Assembly: GCA_963668175.1 (NCBI GenBank)
Contig: OY764159.1
Coordinates: forward strand, 2,112,001-2,176,000
Direction of reading: 5' to 3'
DNA: 64,000 bases
From: Syntrophales bacterium
GTDB lineage: Bacteria > Desulfobacterota > Syntrophia > Syntrophales > PHBD01
The notes beneath the pieces are model-generated. The model searched no databases, had not been told where the DNA came from, and worked only from the letters and a program-made list of their open reading frames with translations. The position numbers and the translations under genes were made by a program. Of this stretch, positions 10,055-20,516 are shown piece by piece (the first letter of the stretch is position 1; each line of letters begins with the position of its first letter).

Positions 10055-10648
10055 ATGAAGAAGGTCGTATGGGGATTGATTGGGGCCCTGCTTATGGCGG
10101 GGTCGGTTTATGCGGCGGAGGATGTGACGGGCAAGGACGTCTTTTCGGTGATTCATTCGCGGAAGAGCGTCCGCCATTTCACGGGGGCGGCCGTCTCCCG
10201 GGCGGATTTGGAAAAGATCGTCCGGGCGGGGATGGCGGCGCCGACGGCGGGCAACATGCAGCCGTGGTCGTTCGTCGTCGTCACGGAGCGCAAGACGCTC
10301 GACGACCTGGCGGCGGGCCTGCTGAATGCCCGGATGCTCGCCAAGGCGGGCGCGGCCATCGTCGTCTGCACGGAGGAGGCGAAGGCCAACGCGAAGAAGC
10401 GGGACCTGGCGATCAGCGATGCGTCGGTCGCGGGGGAGAACATCCTCCTCGCCGTCGAGGGGCTGGGGCTCGGGGGCGTGTGGACGGCCGCGAATCCCTA
10501 TGAGGACCGCGTGAAGGTCGTAAGGACGATCCTCAACATTCCCCCGGAGGTCATCCCGCTGAACGTCATCGCTATCGGCGTCCCCACGGGCGAGGACAAG
10601 CCGAAGGACAAGTTCAAAAAGGAAAAAATCCACTGGGAAAAGTGGTGA
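10055..10648 (+). CDS. Nitroreductase family protein
   Basis: SRKSVRHF, AAPTAGNMQPWSF, LGLGGVW; N-terminal signal-like segment. Confidence 0.92.
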   Translation: MKKVVWGLIGALLMAGSVYAAEDVTGKDVFSVIHSRKSVRHFTGAAVSRADLEKIVRAGMAAPTAGNMQPWSFVVVTERKTLDDLAAGLLNARMLAKAGAAIVVCTEEAKANAKKRDLAISDASVAGENILLAVEGLGLGGVWTAANPYEDRVKVVRTILNIPPEVIPLNVIAIGVPTGEDKPKDKFKKEKIHWEKW

Positions 10649-10709
10649 CGGGACCAGGGCGGGCGTCTGCCGCCGCCGAAAAACGAAACAAAGGGGGGGA
10701 GCTTCATCC

Positions 10710-11282
10710 ATGAACGCGGACGACGAGAAGTGGATTGCGGATATCGAATCGGGCGACGTGACGGCGGCGTTCGAAGCCGTTAAGCAAATCGCCCATCGCG
10801 AACTCTCCGGGGAGGCCATAGACCGGATAGCCCGCATCGCGGGAAACGGGGCGGCGCTGCACAACCGGGCCGCGGCCACGGGCGTCCTCGGCAATGTCGG
10901 CAACCGGGATGCCGCCCTGACAGTATTGATCGGCCTTCTGGCCGCGCCGGACCAGCACGAATCCGTCCGCGGGTTCGCCGCCGAGGGTATCGCCGCGCAG
11001 CGCCCGGCAAACCGGACCAAGCTGAGAAAGAAGGCGGAAGGCGTTCTCATGCAGGCCCTGCGGGACCCCTCGCCGACGGTCAGGTTCTGGGCGTGTTACG
11101 CCGTCGGCCAGCTGGGCATGAAAAAGGCCCTTCCCATCCTGAAGGAAATGAAAGCGGGCGATTGCACGCTGTGCCCCGGCTGGTGGTACGTCTCGGAAGA
11201 GGCGGCGGACGCCGTCGAATGGATCCACGGACGGGCGGGCGAAACGCGGGTGCCGGTGCATGAAAGAACGTCGGAGCATTAA
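10710..11282 (+). CDS. HEAT-repeat protein
   Basis: VRGFAAEG, LRDPSPTVRFWACYAVGQLG. Confidence 0.75.
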   Translation: MNADDEKWIADIESGDVTAAFEAVKQIAHRELSGEAIDRIARIAGNGAALHNRAAATGVLGNVGNRDAALTVLIGLLAAPDQHESVRGFAAEGIAAQRPANRTKLRKKAEGVLMQALRDPSPTVRFWACYAVGQLGMKKALPILKEMKAGDCTLCPGWWYVSEEAADAVEWIHGRAGETRVPVHERTSEH

Positions 11283-11303
11283 CCGGCGCGGGAAGGCCGC
11301 CGC

Positions 11304-11861
11304 ATGAACCCGGCAACGCATTTTCTCGCCGGGTGGCTGATTGCGAACGTCGATCACCTGGGACGAAGGGACCGGGCGTTAGTGACGGCAGCGTCGGTCA
11401 TCCCCGATGCCGACGGCCTGGGGATCCTCGCCCACACCGTCACGAACGCCCACGACGGGTGGGCCTTCTACGCGAAGTACCACCACGTCCTTGCCCACAA
11501 TATCTTCTTCGGCCTGGCCCTGACGGCCGGCGTTTACGCCGTCTCGAAAAAGCGGGGCCTTGCGGCCTTTCTCGCCTTTCTCGGCTTCCACCTGCATCTC
11601 CTGTGCGATCTCATAAGCGGACGCGGCCCCGACGGGACCGTGTGGACCGTCGCCTATCTCTACCCCCTGGTCCCGGACTTCCGGCTTTCGTGGTCCGGCC
11701 AGTGGGAGCTGGACGCCTGGCCGAACTTCATCGTCACGGCCGTCTTTCTCGCGGCGACGTTCTATCTCGCCTGGCGGCGGGGCTTCTCCCCGGTGAGCAT
11801 CTTCTCGGAACGCGCGGACCGCGCCGTCGTCGCATCGCTCCGCAGCCGCTTCCCCCGGTAG
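11304..11861 (+). CDS. Membrane-bound metal-dependent hydrolase (YdjM-like)
   Basis: TH, PDAD, HH..H, HL.CD motifs; hydrophobic. Confidence 0.8.
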   Translation: MNPATHFLAGWLIANVDHLGRRDRALVTAASVIPDADGLGILAHTVTNAHDGWAFYAKYHHVLAHNIFFGLALTAGVYAVSKKRGLAAFLAFLGFHLHLLCDLISGRGPDGTVWTVAYLYPLVPDFRLSWSGQWELDAWPNFIVTAVFLAATFYLAWRRGFSPVSIFSERADRAVVASLRSRFPR

Positions 11862-12752
11862 GGCCGTCCGGGCGTCCTGCCCGGTTATGATGCGCGGTAG
11901 GGGCGTCCTCCCGGAAGACGCATAAAGACTGGGGCGAACTCCCTGCGGAATACTGCAAAGCCGGGGCTTTCCGCACGCGGATATCGGCCCGCGGCGGTTT
12001 CGTTCGGATTATTACGGATATCCTGGATGCGATGACGGCAGGGGGGGAAGGGTGCTGCGCACAAGCGGCAGCGGGGCTTCCCGGCATGGGGAGGTCCAGG
12101 CCCGCTACGCTTCCGCGGAGACGGTCCGCAAAACGGGGCCGCTGCCGCGGAAACGGGAGAATCGGGGCTGTCCTTTGCGGGGAAGAGTCGGCACGTCTGA
12201 AAGCCCCGGGACATCGTATGGAACAACATCCCGGGGCATCCAACGTGGAACGTTGGAACACCCCCACCACTGCACCCCCCATAACACATTTTTGCCCTCT
12301 TTTCACCATGGAAGTGACAATTTTCGTCTGCTGCCTGTGCCGCGAATAGCATAGGCGCGCAGTCGACGCTTCATGTTAACCGGTTTTTCCGCCCCGGCGG
12401 CGCGACCGCCGCGCCGCCTTCGCCCTATACATTCCTTATACAATAATGCTTTACAAAACAGCCCGATTCGTATATCGAAAATAGGAGCATTTGGAGGGGG
12501 GCCATGAGAAGCACACCTATGCTTCCTTTACCGGCACTTTTATCGTCGGCTTCCTTTGTCCTTCGGGCGGCCCGCCCGCGCCGCGCTTTCCCCGTCTCCG
12601 TCCGCCTGCGTTCGATTCCGGTCCGTCCGTCTCTCTCCGCCGCCGGCTTTCGTCCGCCTTTCTTTCCCGAACATCGGCATGCCTGTCTTCTGCGGCGTGC
12701 CTGTTTATAGGGTTCACTGTGGATTTCATTCATAGATACAGGGGGGTATTTT

Positions 12753-15245
12753 ATGAGAATATCTGCGGAATCGAAGCGGCGGGCGTTCGCGCTGTCGCTG
12801 CTTTTCATCCTTTCGGGCTGCGCGAGTTTCAAGGACATCGAACCGACGGACGTCTACTGCAGCATCGCGCCCTGTCCCGGCTACACGGAGTATAAAAAGG
12901 CGGGCGAGCTCTACATTCAAAGCGAAGTCGACGAGGCGCTGACCAGGATAGACGCCGCCCTGAAGGCGGCGCCGGGCCAGAAGAAGTACGGGGCCCTGAG
13001 GGTGGACATCCTCAAGCGGCTCCAGTATTTCCAGTTCCAGGAAGACTGGGAGGCGTACGGCAAGATCCCGAAGGGGGACCTGGCCAAAAGGTCGGCGTCG
13101 CTCAAGGATCTCAAGTATAAGACGGCGGCCTACGAGCCCTGCCGCGATGCGGATGACGCCGCGGCGAAGGTGGATGAGGAAAGCAAGGCCGTTGCGGCGG
13201 AGACGGAGGCGTTGAGCGACCTGCCGAAGAAGACCGGCGAGGCGGCCGCCAAAGGGGATTGCGACGGACTCCTAGCGCTCCTCGCCAAGGCGAAATATTA
13301 CCGGGCCTACCTGGAGGCGAACGGGAAGAAGGCCCCCGCCATCGAGGACTACCGGACGGAGCTGGAAGGCTGGATCGACAAGGAGTACGCCGCCCACAAC
13401 TACCGGCACGTCGTCTGGATCCTGAACAAGATGGACGAACTGGCCGGCGGAAGCGGCCTGGCCGGGAAGCGCCGCGCGAAGTACGCCGCCTTCTACAAGG
13501 CCAGGGGGGACGAGTTCCTCCGCAAGGGCCGGATCGCCACGGCGGTCTTCTATATGGCCCTGGCCGACCGCTTCAAGCCCGGAACGGCGGACAAGGCTGT
13601 CGTCGAGGGGGCGCAGAAGAGGCTCGCGGACTACAAGGAGAAGCTGTACGTCGCGATCCAGGGCGGCCCGGACGACAAAAAGACGAAGGAAAGCCTGGAA
13701 AACGCTGTCCGCGAAAAGATGGCCGCCGCCTTCGCGGGATATTTCGGCCGCGCGCAGACCCTCTCCGAGGCGACGGTTGCCGTGACGGTCGGCATCGACC
13801 GCCTGGAGAACGCCGTCGAGCAGTCCAAGACCCGGACCATGTATTCCAAGTTCGTCTCCGGATACAACAGGGTTCCCAACGACGACTATTACCGGACGGA
13901 GCGCCAGCTTCAGGATGCGCGGGCGAGGCTGCGGCGCCTGGAGCGGCAGAGGACGGACACGTGGGCCGGGGCCATCGTGAGCGGACTCGCCCAGGGCGTG
14001 CAGGCGGCGGAAGTGACCAACCTGGAGAAGAAGATGGCGAGCGACGACGTCTACGACAAGATACCGATCCTCGTCGATTACAGCTACCAGCGGACGGACG
14101 TCAAGATCGCCAACGCCGTAGGGCTTTCGTACCGCATCGTCGACATGAAGCGGAAGAAATCGCTCAAGGAAGACACCTTCGGCGAGACGGGCGGCGAGGC
14201 GCTCTCCGTCCTCGAAAACGTCCATCCCGAGGACAACGGCGGCCTGGTCAATTCGACGCCGTTCGATCCGGCTGCGAAGAAGCAGGAGTTCGACGAGTTC
14301 GCGGCAAAGGTCTTCCAGAAGGCCGCCGACAACATCGCGGGGGACGCGTCTGTCCTCTTCGACGAGCGGGCGAAGGACTACGCGGGGCTGGGCGAACTGG
14401 CCGACGCCGTGGACAGCCATCTGACGGGGTACATCCTCAAGGCGGGCAAGCTGCCGGACACCCTCTTCGACGCACTCCCGAAGGACGCCGCCGCCCGCAT
14501 CGACGACCTTTCGCCCCAGTCCGGCCTTGCGAAGAAGCTCGCGAAGCGGACCGCCGTGCAGATGCAGTTCGCATCGCGGCTGAAGACGACGACGATGACG
14601 GCCAGGGCCTCGGAACCGGCCGCGAAGGCGGCGGTGACGGCGAAGGCAGCGGATGGGGACGGCCCCGCCCTTGTCGAGGGCAGCAGGGGCAAGATCGTCT
14701 TCGTCAAGAACATCGCCAAATCGGGGATATCGCAGGGCAGCGGTTTCCTCGTCTCGCCCCGGGGCCACGTGGTGACGAGCCACCGGGTCGTGAGGAATGC
14801 GACTGCGATCGTCGTCCGGACGTCGGACGGCGCGGAGCACGTGGCGAAGGTGGTGAAGGCGGACAGCGCAAGCGACCTGGCGCTGCTCAAGGTCGATCTC
14901 AGCGACGCCCCGTTCTTTAAGCTCTGCGACTCCAACGCCCTGACGCCGGGCCAGGCGGTGGTCGCCGTCGGCAGCCCGCAGGGGGCGGAGCAGGCGGTTT
15001 CCCGCGGCGTCATCAGCGAGCTTGCCTATATGACGCCGGCCAAGTCGAAGGCGAAGCTCCTCGTCATCCGGACCGATGTGCCCGCCATGCAGGGAAACGG
15101 CGGCGGGCCGCTGCTGAACGAAGCCGGGGAGGTCGTGGGCGTCCATGCGCCGGGCCTCGACACGGGCGGGGCCGATAAGGAAGCGGGCCTTTGCGCCGTG
15201 GCGACGGACGAAATCAGGAAGCGCCTCCAGAGCGTCTTTCCGTAA
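12753..15245 (+). CDS. Lipoprotein with helical N-terminal region and C-terminal trypsin-like (S1C/HtrA) domain, catalytic His and Ser apparently substituted
   Basis: Lipobox LSGC; GSGFLVS, VVTSHRVV, DLALLKV, QGNGGGPLLN. Confidence 0.8.
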   Translation: MRISAESKRRAFALSLLFILSGCASFKDIEPTDVYCSIAPCPGYTEYKKAGELYIQSEVDEALTRIDAALKAAPGQKKYGALRVDILKRLQYFQFQEDWEAYGKIPKGDLAKRSASLKDLKYKTAAYEPCRDADDAAAKVDEESKAVAAETEALSDLPKKTGEAAAKGDCDGLLALLAKAKYYRAYLEANGKKAPAIEDYRTELEGWIDKEYAAHNYRHVVWILNKMDELAGGSGLAGKRRAKYAAFYKARGDEFLRKGRIATAVFYMALADRFKPGTADKAVVEGAQKRLADYKEKLYVAIQGGPDDKKTKESLENAVREKMAAAFAGYFGRAQTLSEATVAVTVGIDRLENAVEQSKTRTMYSKFVSGYNRVPNDDYYRTERQLQDARARLRRLERQRTDTWAGAIVSGLAQGVQAAEVTNLEKKMASDDVYDKIPILVDYSYQRTDVKIANAVGLSYRIVDMKRKKSLKEDTFGETGGEALSVLENVHPEDNGGLVNSTPFDPAAKKQEFDEFAAKVFQKAADNIAGDASVLFDERAKDYAGLGELADAVDSHLTGYILKAGKLPDTLFDALPKDAAARIDDLSPQSGLAKKLAKRTAVQMQFASRLKTTTMTARASEPAAKAAVTAKAADGDGPALVEGSRGKIVFVKNIAKSGISQGSGFLVSPRGHVVTSHRVVRNATAIVVRTSDGAEHVAKVVKADSASDLALLKVDLSDAPFFKLCDSNALTPGQAVVAVGSPQGAEQAVSRGVISELAYMTPAKSKAKLLVIRTDVPAMQGNGGGPLLNEAGEVVGVHAPGLDTGGADKEAGLCAVATDEIRKRLQSVFP

Positions 15246-15567
15246 TGCCCGGTGCGGCAGGCGGGCGGTTTTTCAAATGGCGGCAGGCGGGGACAGACGG
15301 TCTGACGTTTTGTCCCCTCGCGCCTGTCCCGAGGCGGCGGGGAACCGGGACCGCGACGATGCGGCCCGATCCGGGCCGCGCGGTGACTTTCCGGTCTCGA
15401 TACGAAAAGCCGTTGCATCATAAAATCCCGCCTTCGCCAACCGGGGGACGGTTTCCCCGGGGGTTCATTCGCCTTCAAAGTCAATCCGGATCGCATTCCC
15501 GCCGATCGTTTAAGCAAATCCCGGCCGGTGCAGCCCTCGAACCGATTTGCATCCTGTCATACCTGTT

Positions 15568-15670
15568 TGCGAAATATCGCACCGTTATTTGCGAATATTC
15601 GCATAAACCATGACGAAAATTTCCTAACATATTAATATTGCGTAATTTATTGTATGGCATAGTCTATGCT
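15568..15670 (+). promoter_or_regulatory. Sigma54 promoter (TGGCATAGTCTATGCT, 15655-15670) with two upstream palindromic putative enhancer sites (15568-15581, 15590-15603)
   Basis: Correct GG-N10-GC spacing; TGCGAAATATCGCA and TGCGAATATTCGCA lie 22 bp apart. Confidence 0.7.
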
Positions 15671-15706
15671 TTATATAAGTTCAAAAAAGCTGCGAGGTTG
15701 ATAAAA

Positions 15707-15997
15707 ATGAAATGGCTAGAGATCGTGACTTTGCAGGTTGCCGGGAACAACCGGGAGATCGTGCAGCGAAAAATCGCCGGCTTGATGGATGTTATGGACT
15801 CCAACAGCGGCATAGAAAAAGTCAACGTATACCGCCGTGCCATGACGGGAAACGACGTGAGTGTCCATCTTCAGTGGGAATCGGAAAGTGTCAGCCCCCA
15901 GGGAAGCGCGCTGGGCCTCTGCCTGTGCAGCGCCCTTGCACAATACGGCCTCCTTTCGCACGAGGTCTGGACGGATAGCGGCAGGAAAGCCCTGTAA
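15707..15997 (+). CDS. Small hypothetical protein
   Basis: ATG at 15707 after GAGG; MKWLEIVTLQ...; downstream of the sigma54 promoter. Confidence 0.6.
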   Translation: MKWLEIVTLQVAGNNREIVQRKIAGLMDVMDSNSGIEKVNVYRRAMTGNDVSVHLQWESESVSPQGSALGLCLCSALAQYGLLSHEVWTDSGRKAL

Positions 15998-16018
15998 CAA
16001 AAGGGGATGTTCCTTTTT

Positions 16019-17245
16019 TTAGAAGGTCTTCCCGGCGAATCCGTCGTATTCGTCGGCGTTTGCATCCATGGCCTTCCCGTCGACATCCACGCCGCCGAAC
16101 TTGAATACCCAGTGCGACGGATCGATCAGACCGTTGCCCGAAGCGTTCTGGCTGATCGTAAAAGAGACCGTGGCCCGGCAGGTCTTCGGGTCGTAAGTGA
16201 CGCTTTTCGGCAGAGGCGGTATCGCGATTTGCCTGTCGGCATCCTGCCGCATGCCGTTGTTATAAACCCCTGCCGTACCGCCGGCGGCCTTGCCGATGGA
16301 CCAGTTCATCGTGTTTTGCACCGAAGAAGGGTCCATCTGCCGGTCGAACTGAAACGCCATCGTGAATGTCTGCGACGCCCCCGGTGTTGCCAGCCTGTAA
16401 TCCAGAAAATAGAGGGGGGTGTTCGGCCCGAATCTGGACTGGAAGTCCGGTTTGTCGGCGCTCCCGCTTTTGCCTCCTTGCGTCATCCGGGGTTTTATCG
16501 CCGTCGACTGGATTTCGTTCGCCAGGGAACGGCCCAGATCCGTATGAAGATCGTTCAGCGCCTTGACCTGCTCCAGCGCCTTGTCCGTCTTGCCCAGACC
16601 GATATAGGCGTATGCCATATCGGCATAGGCATACTCGAATTTCGGTTTTATCTTGACCGCCTTCTGGAATTGTTTGACCGCCTCGTCGTATTTCTTCTGT
16701 TTGTTGTAAACCTGCCCAAGGCCGTAATACCCGGCTTCGTCGCCGGGGGCCAGGTTGATCATCGCGCTGAATTGAGCCGCCGCGTCCGTCAGGCGGTCGG
16801 TGGCCAGATAGATGCTTCCCAAATACTCGCGGGCGTCGGCGGATGAAGGCGACAGCTTCGATATTTTGAGAAATTGCTTCTCGGCGTTGGCATAGTCTTT
16901 GTTCTCTATGTAGGCTTTGCCGAGATTCTTCAGGGCGTCCGTCGAGGTCGGCTGCGCCTGCACCGCTTTTTGCAGCGTCTTCATGGCATCGTCGGCCTTA
17001 CCCAGCTTGTTGTACGCCGCAGCCAGGTATTTGTAGGCGTCCGTGTACGTCCGGTCGTACGAGATCGCGGCTTTGAATGCCGTTACGGCTTGCTGAACCT
17101 TATTTTTCTGCAAATAACGAATTCCCGCCGAATAAGCTGTTACGGCATAATCGTTATGTTGCGACTGGAGTCCGTCGAGGGAGGAAGTCGACAGGCCGGA
17201 TGAAGAGAAAAGAGAAGCGGAGATCAGATTGTTAAGACTCGACAT
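16019..17245 (-). CDS. TPR-repeat protein
   Basis: About six TPR-like repeats (AYKYLAAAY, ALKNLGKAY, GYYGLGQVY); start set at MSSLNN. Confidence 0.85.
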   Translation of the reverse strand: MSSLNNLISASLFSSSGLSTSSLDGLQSQHNDYAVTAYSAGIRYLQKNKVQQAVTAFKAAISYDRTYTDAYKYLAAAYNKLGKADDAMKTLQKAVQAQPTSTDALKNLGKAYIENKDYANAEKQFLKISKLSPSSADAREYLGSIYLATDRLTDAAAQFSAMINLAPGDEAGYYGLGQVYNKQKKYDEAVKQFQKAVKIKPKFEYAYADMAYAYIGLGKTDKALEQVKALNDLHTDLGRSLANEIQSTAIKPRMTQGGKSGSADKPDFQSRFGPNTPLYFLDYRLATPGASQTFTMAFQFDRQMDPSSVQNTMNWSIGKAAGGTAGVYNNGMRQDADRQIAIPPLPKSVTYDPKTCRATVSFTISQNASGNGLIDPSHWVFKFGGVDVDGKAMDANADEYDGFAGKTF

Positions 17246-17482
17246 ATGGATCCTTTCTATATTACCGAACCGGCAAAAACGGAATATTTCGGAAAACACG
17301 AAGATCGGGCGGCGTCTGTATTATCAGGCCTTGCTGCACGCTGTTATGCAGAGGCGACGGATCGATTCCTTCATCGAAATCGCGCGGGACCGGACATATG
17401 AGAAAAATATGACCTATACCCGGGATGAAATCGGCAATAAATGCCGGAAACGCCCTTTCCGTGTACCGATTGCAGTCATATA

Positions 17483-17498
17483 AGCATTAGCTATGCCA
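17483..17498 (-). promoter_or_regulatory. Putative sigma54 promoter (TGGCATAGCTAATGCT)
   Basis: -24/-12 spacing; nearly identical to the 15655 site; ~240 bp upstream of the TPR gene. Confidence 0.5.
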
Positions 17499-17714
17499 GG
17501 AGGGAACTTCGGGGATTTCCATGGGCCGGGATCGATCTCTTTCGCTTTTCTCCTATGATCTTATCGTGAAAAACGGTGCATCCCGGAGATCAGTGGATTG
17601 CATGATCGGACTGGCAAGCGGAAAGCAGGTTCTTGCCAGTCCGAATATTTCCTGGTGTGTTTTCAAAATATACCGGGTCAGGACCGATCCTTCTCCTCGC
17701 GGGCTCCTTTGACC

Positions 17715-19205
17715 CTACTCAATGTTGATAACGACGGTATAGCAACCCGTAATGTTGCCGCCCACCTCCTGCTCTATGCGCAGGCAGAAGCTGGTTCCTG
17801 TCTGGACTTCTTCCGGCGCTGTGATCTCAAGCTTAAGCGGAATAGGCTTCTTGGCTTCTAAAGGAATTCGCTTGAGCTGCTTCCATGCGACCGTCTTCTC
17901 GGTAATATTGGGAAGGAACGTATGTTTGTCGCGTCCCTGAAGAAGTTCGAAGTCCGTATCTCGTGGGCGTGTTGAGGGGCCCCATACCTTGCCGAAAAGT
18001 TCGCTCTGTTTTTCCGCGGTCAGATCGATGGGACGACGGTCGCCCAACGTGAATTGTACTTTTGGCAAGGCCACTTTCGGCGGGAAGCCAAAGACCGGCA
18101 AACGAGGCAATGATGTGAGACGGATGCGCAGGTCCGCATTGAGTTTCTTGATACCGTCGAACGGCAATCCGAATGCCAATTGCAGTCTCTCCTTGGATAA
18201 TCTCCTCAATCTGATCACGTGCACGTTGCGGGCGGCGATATTGTTATCCCAGTGAATAGTGAAAGGGTAAACGAGCGGGTCCGGATTGGTCGAGTCTTGG
18301 GGATTGTCGTTGACGTATGCGACGGCGAGAAGACACTGGTGCGCAGGGTTTGAAACTCCGGGCACCGGGGCCGGGGTCCAGTTGACGTATGGCGCTTGGA
18401 CACTTGAATAGGCCGGCACCGTGAACGCGTTCGTCGGGTTGGGATGGCCCGCCGTTCCCGGAATCATCTGCCAGCTCGAGGGGGCGAAGCCGGCATTCGG
18501 ATCGGCCCAATAATAGCGCGCTCGTGCATTGGCGATGTCGGCGCTGCCGCGATTATGAACCAACACCCGGACGCGGTTTACCGTTCCGAAGACCGCGTTT
18601 ACATTCGCCGACCCATAGGGGGGCGCGTCTACGAAGATGTCCGGGCTCGTCCATAACGAGTAACTGAACTGCTCGCCGTTGTCATCGCCGGCATCCCGAA
18701 TCCAGAGGTCGCCAATCCCTTGCAGCGGTAATATCTGTCGGAAGTAGGCGAGGTTAGAGCCATAATGAGGCGTGATGAGAGGTTCGAGGGGGATATGCAC
18801 GTACTCGGCCATGCCGCCCCATTTGCTGCGAACCTTGGTGCAGTTGCCCGTTGAATTTACCTCCCAGACCCGCCCGGTGTGCGTGGTTACGTTCCAGGAA
18901 TCTCGATAACGGATCACGTCCCCGCGTCGAAGAGAACCGTCCGCCACGGGGACGCAATTATCGTTGATGATCTGATCCACATCGCTGGAGCTATCAATCC
19001 TGTAGCGCCGGGGCAGGAAGGTGAATCCCCAGCAGTTGTACCTCGCAGTATGGCCAAGTTGTTCCTGACTAAGATCAAAATGCGTGTAATATTGGACCAT
19101 GGGAACAAGGTTCGGATCGGTTTCATCGGTCACCCCGTCGTCGTATTCCTCTACATATTGAAGCTCGACGCCGGCTGCTGTTTTAATACCTGAAATGTAT
19201 GGCAT
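17715..19205 (-). CDS. Hypothetical protein: N-terminal papain-like Cys/His domain plus C-terminal beta-sandwich region
   Basis: YNCWGF...GDVIRY...HTGRV...SKWG; DLWIRD/WTSPDI/NNIAARNV motifs. Confidence 0.6.
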   Translation of the reverse strand: MPYISGIKTAAGVELQYVEEYDDGVTDETDPNLVPMVQYYTHFDLSQEQLGHTARYNCWGFTFLPRRYRIDSSSDVDQIINDNCVPVADGSLRRGDVIRYRDSWNVTTHTGRVWEVNSTGNCTKVRSKWGGMAEYVHIPLEPLITPHYGSNLAYFRQILPLQGIGDLWIRDAGDDNGEQFSYSLWTSPDIFVDAPPYGSANVNAVFGTVNRVRVLVHNRGSADIANARARYYWADPNAGFAPSSWQMIPGTAGHPNPTNAFTVPAYSSVQAPYVNWTPAPVPGVSNPAHQCLLAVAYVNDNPQDSTNPDPLVYPFTIHWDNNIAARNVHVIRLRRLSKERLQLAFGLPFDGIKKLNADLRIRLTSLPRLPVFGFPPKVALPKVQFTLGDRRPIDLTAEKQSELFGKVWGPSTRPRDTDFELLQGRDKHTFLPNITEKTVAWKQLKRIPLEAKKPIPLKLEITAPEEVQTGTSFCLRIEQEVGGNITGCYTVVINIE

Positions 19206-19216
19206 ATTGACCTCCT

Positions 19217-19633
19217 TTATCGCAGCAAGTCCTGTGTTTCGATCAGTTCGGCGCGCGAATAGACAACTTCCAGAGGCTTGATCGGTAGTTGAAATGCGGA
19301 TCGAATAGCGTGTGCCGCAAAGTGAACGAAGAATGGGCCCGGTTTCTCCAGCGACTTGAGAAATAGCGAGCCAAGTACCTCCGGTGCGGTCTTCGCATTC
19401 ACATTCTCAATGATGAAGGCAAAGGCTGAAAGGGTAATCTCATCGAGATGCTTTGACTTACTGGTTTCCTCGGCAATAATCGGAATGACCTCCTTCCCGG
19501 CTGCTATCACCCGTTGTATTATGGGGTCAACCGCAAATATCTTACGCAGAACATAGGGTGAACTGGCGAGTTGCGCCTTCTTGATGCTTGACGAGTCACG
19601 AAGGGTGGTTATGTCTTTCTTCGGATCAGCCAT
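19217..19633 (-). CDS. Hypothetical protein
   Basis: 138-aa ORF with strong RBS (GGAGGTG); 11 bp upstream of the 17715-19205 gene. Confidence 0.7.
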   Translation of the reverse strand: MADPKKDITTLRDSSSIKKAQLASSPYVLRKIFAVDPIIQRVIAAGKEVIPIIAEETSKSKHLDEITLSAFAFIIENVNAKTAPEVLGSLFLKSLEKPGPFFVHFAAHAIRSAFQLPIKPLEVVYSRAELIETQDLLR

Positions 19634-20516
19634 GTTTCACCTCCATAATAAATCGTTCTCATTTTTTAACCTGCCATTCTTCTTTGAGACGAGTTTCGGA
19701 GAGATTTCACGTTTTTTAAGAGACTTTTTCACCTCCCTTCTGCCGGCTTGAAGCCCGGCGGAAAATGGCCCGGCGGGATTCAGGGTGAATCCAGTCCGTC
19801 ATAGCATTCCCCGTCGGCGCTATTGGTCTTTTCGGTCGTTCTCCTGCGCATATTCCTGTCCTCATCGGCATCAGGCAGACTCCCCGTCTTCCGCATTATG
19901 GTCAAAACCGATGTGGATGGTTCTTTGGATGAAACAGCCCGAAACACGCCGATGATTGTAATTGGTCTTCCGCCACACGTGGCCCGAAGCAGAATCGAAT
20001 CAGGTTGAGTATTCGAGAGAGTGCCGTCTGTAGAGGAATAAAAGGGAGAGTAAATGTGATATGTTCAGTGAACTTTATGTAATAACAATCTGTTTGTCAA
20101 TAGATCTTTGATCGATATGCAAACAGTATATCCAGGTACCTTTGATTCTCTCTCATTACCCTAATTCCGGGGGGATACATCTCCCTGGTCGGGGGACGCG
20201 GTACATGAAGATTCAATCTTTTCTTTACCCCTTACGTGTTTCGGTCACGGCTTCCGGCGCGTGACGGTTCTGCCGGGCACAAAGGACATCCGGCCGGCAA
20301 TGGTCGCTGCCTGAATGTTCTGACGCTTCGTAATGGGCATCCTCGTGTCCCCGCTGCCGGACCGTGATTTTTGCCCCGTCCTCAAGCGAAATTCGGTGGA
20401 TTTTCGGCTTGATCCCTGATAAAAGGACTTTTCGCGTTTCCGCGGCCCGGCAGGGGAGGTTCCCGATGGGTTTTGCAACTGCCGGAGATAAAAGGATATC
20501 GTAAAGGGAGGAAGCA

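Noticed and set aside
12600..12630. tRNA (GTTCGATTCC T-loop-like motif)
   Set aside because: Flanks do not pair as a T stem and no cloverleaf can be formed
11885..12750. Coding genes or ncRNA in the ~0.9-kb intergenic gap (likewise 19640-20500, 43800-44600, 47100-47600)
   Set aside because: Only short unsupported ORFs; no recognisable riboswitch or RNA family by eye
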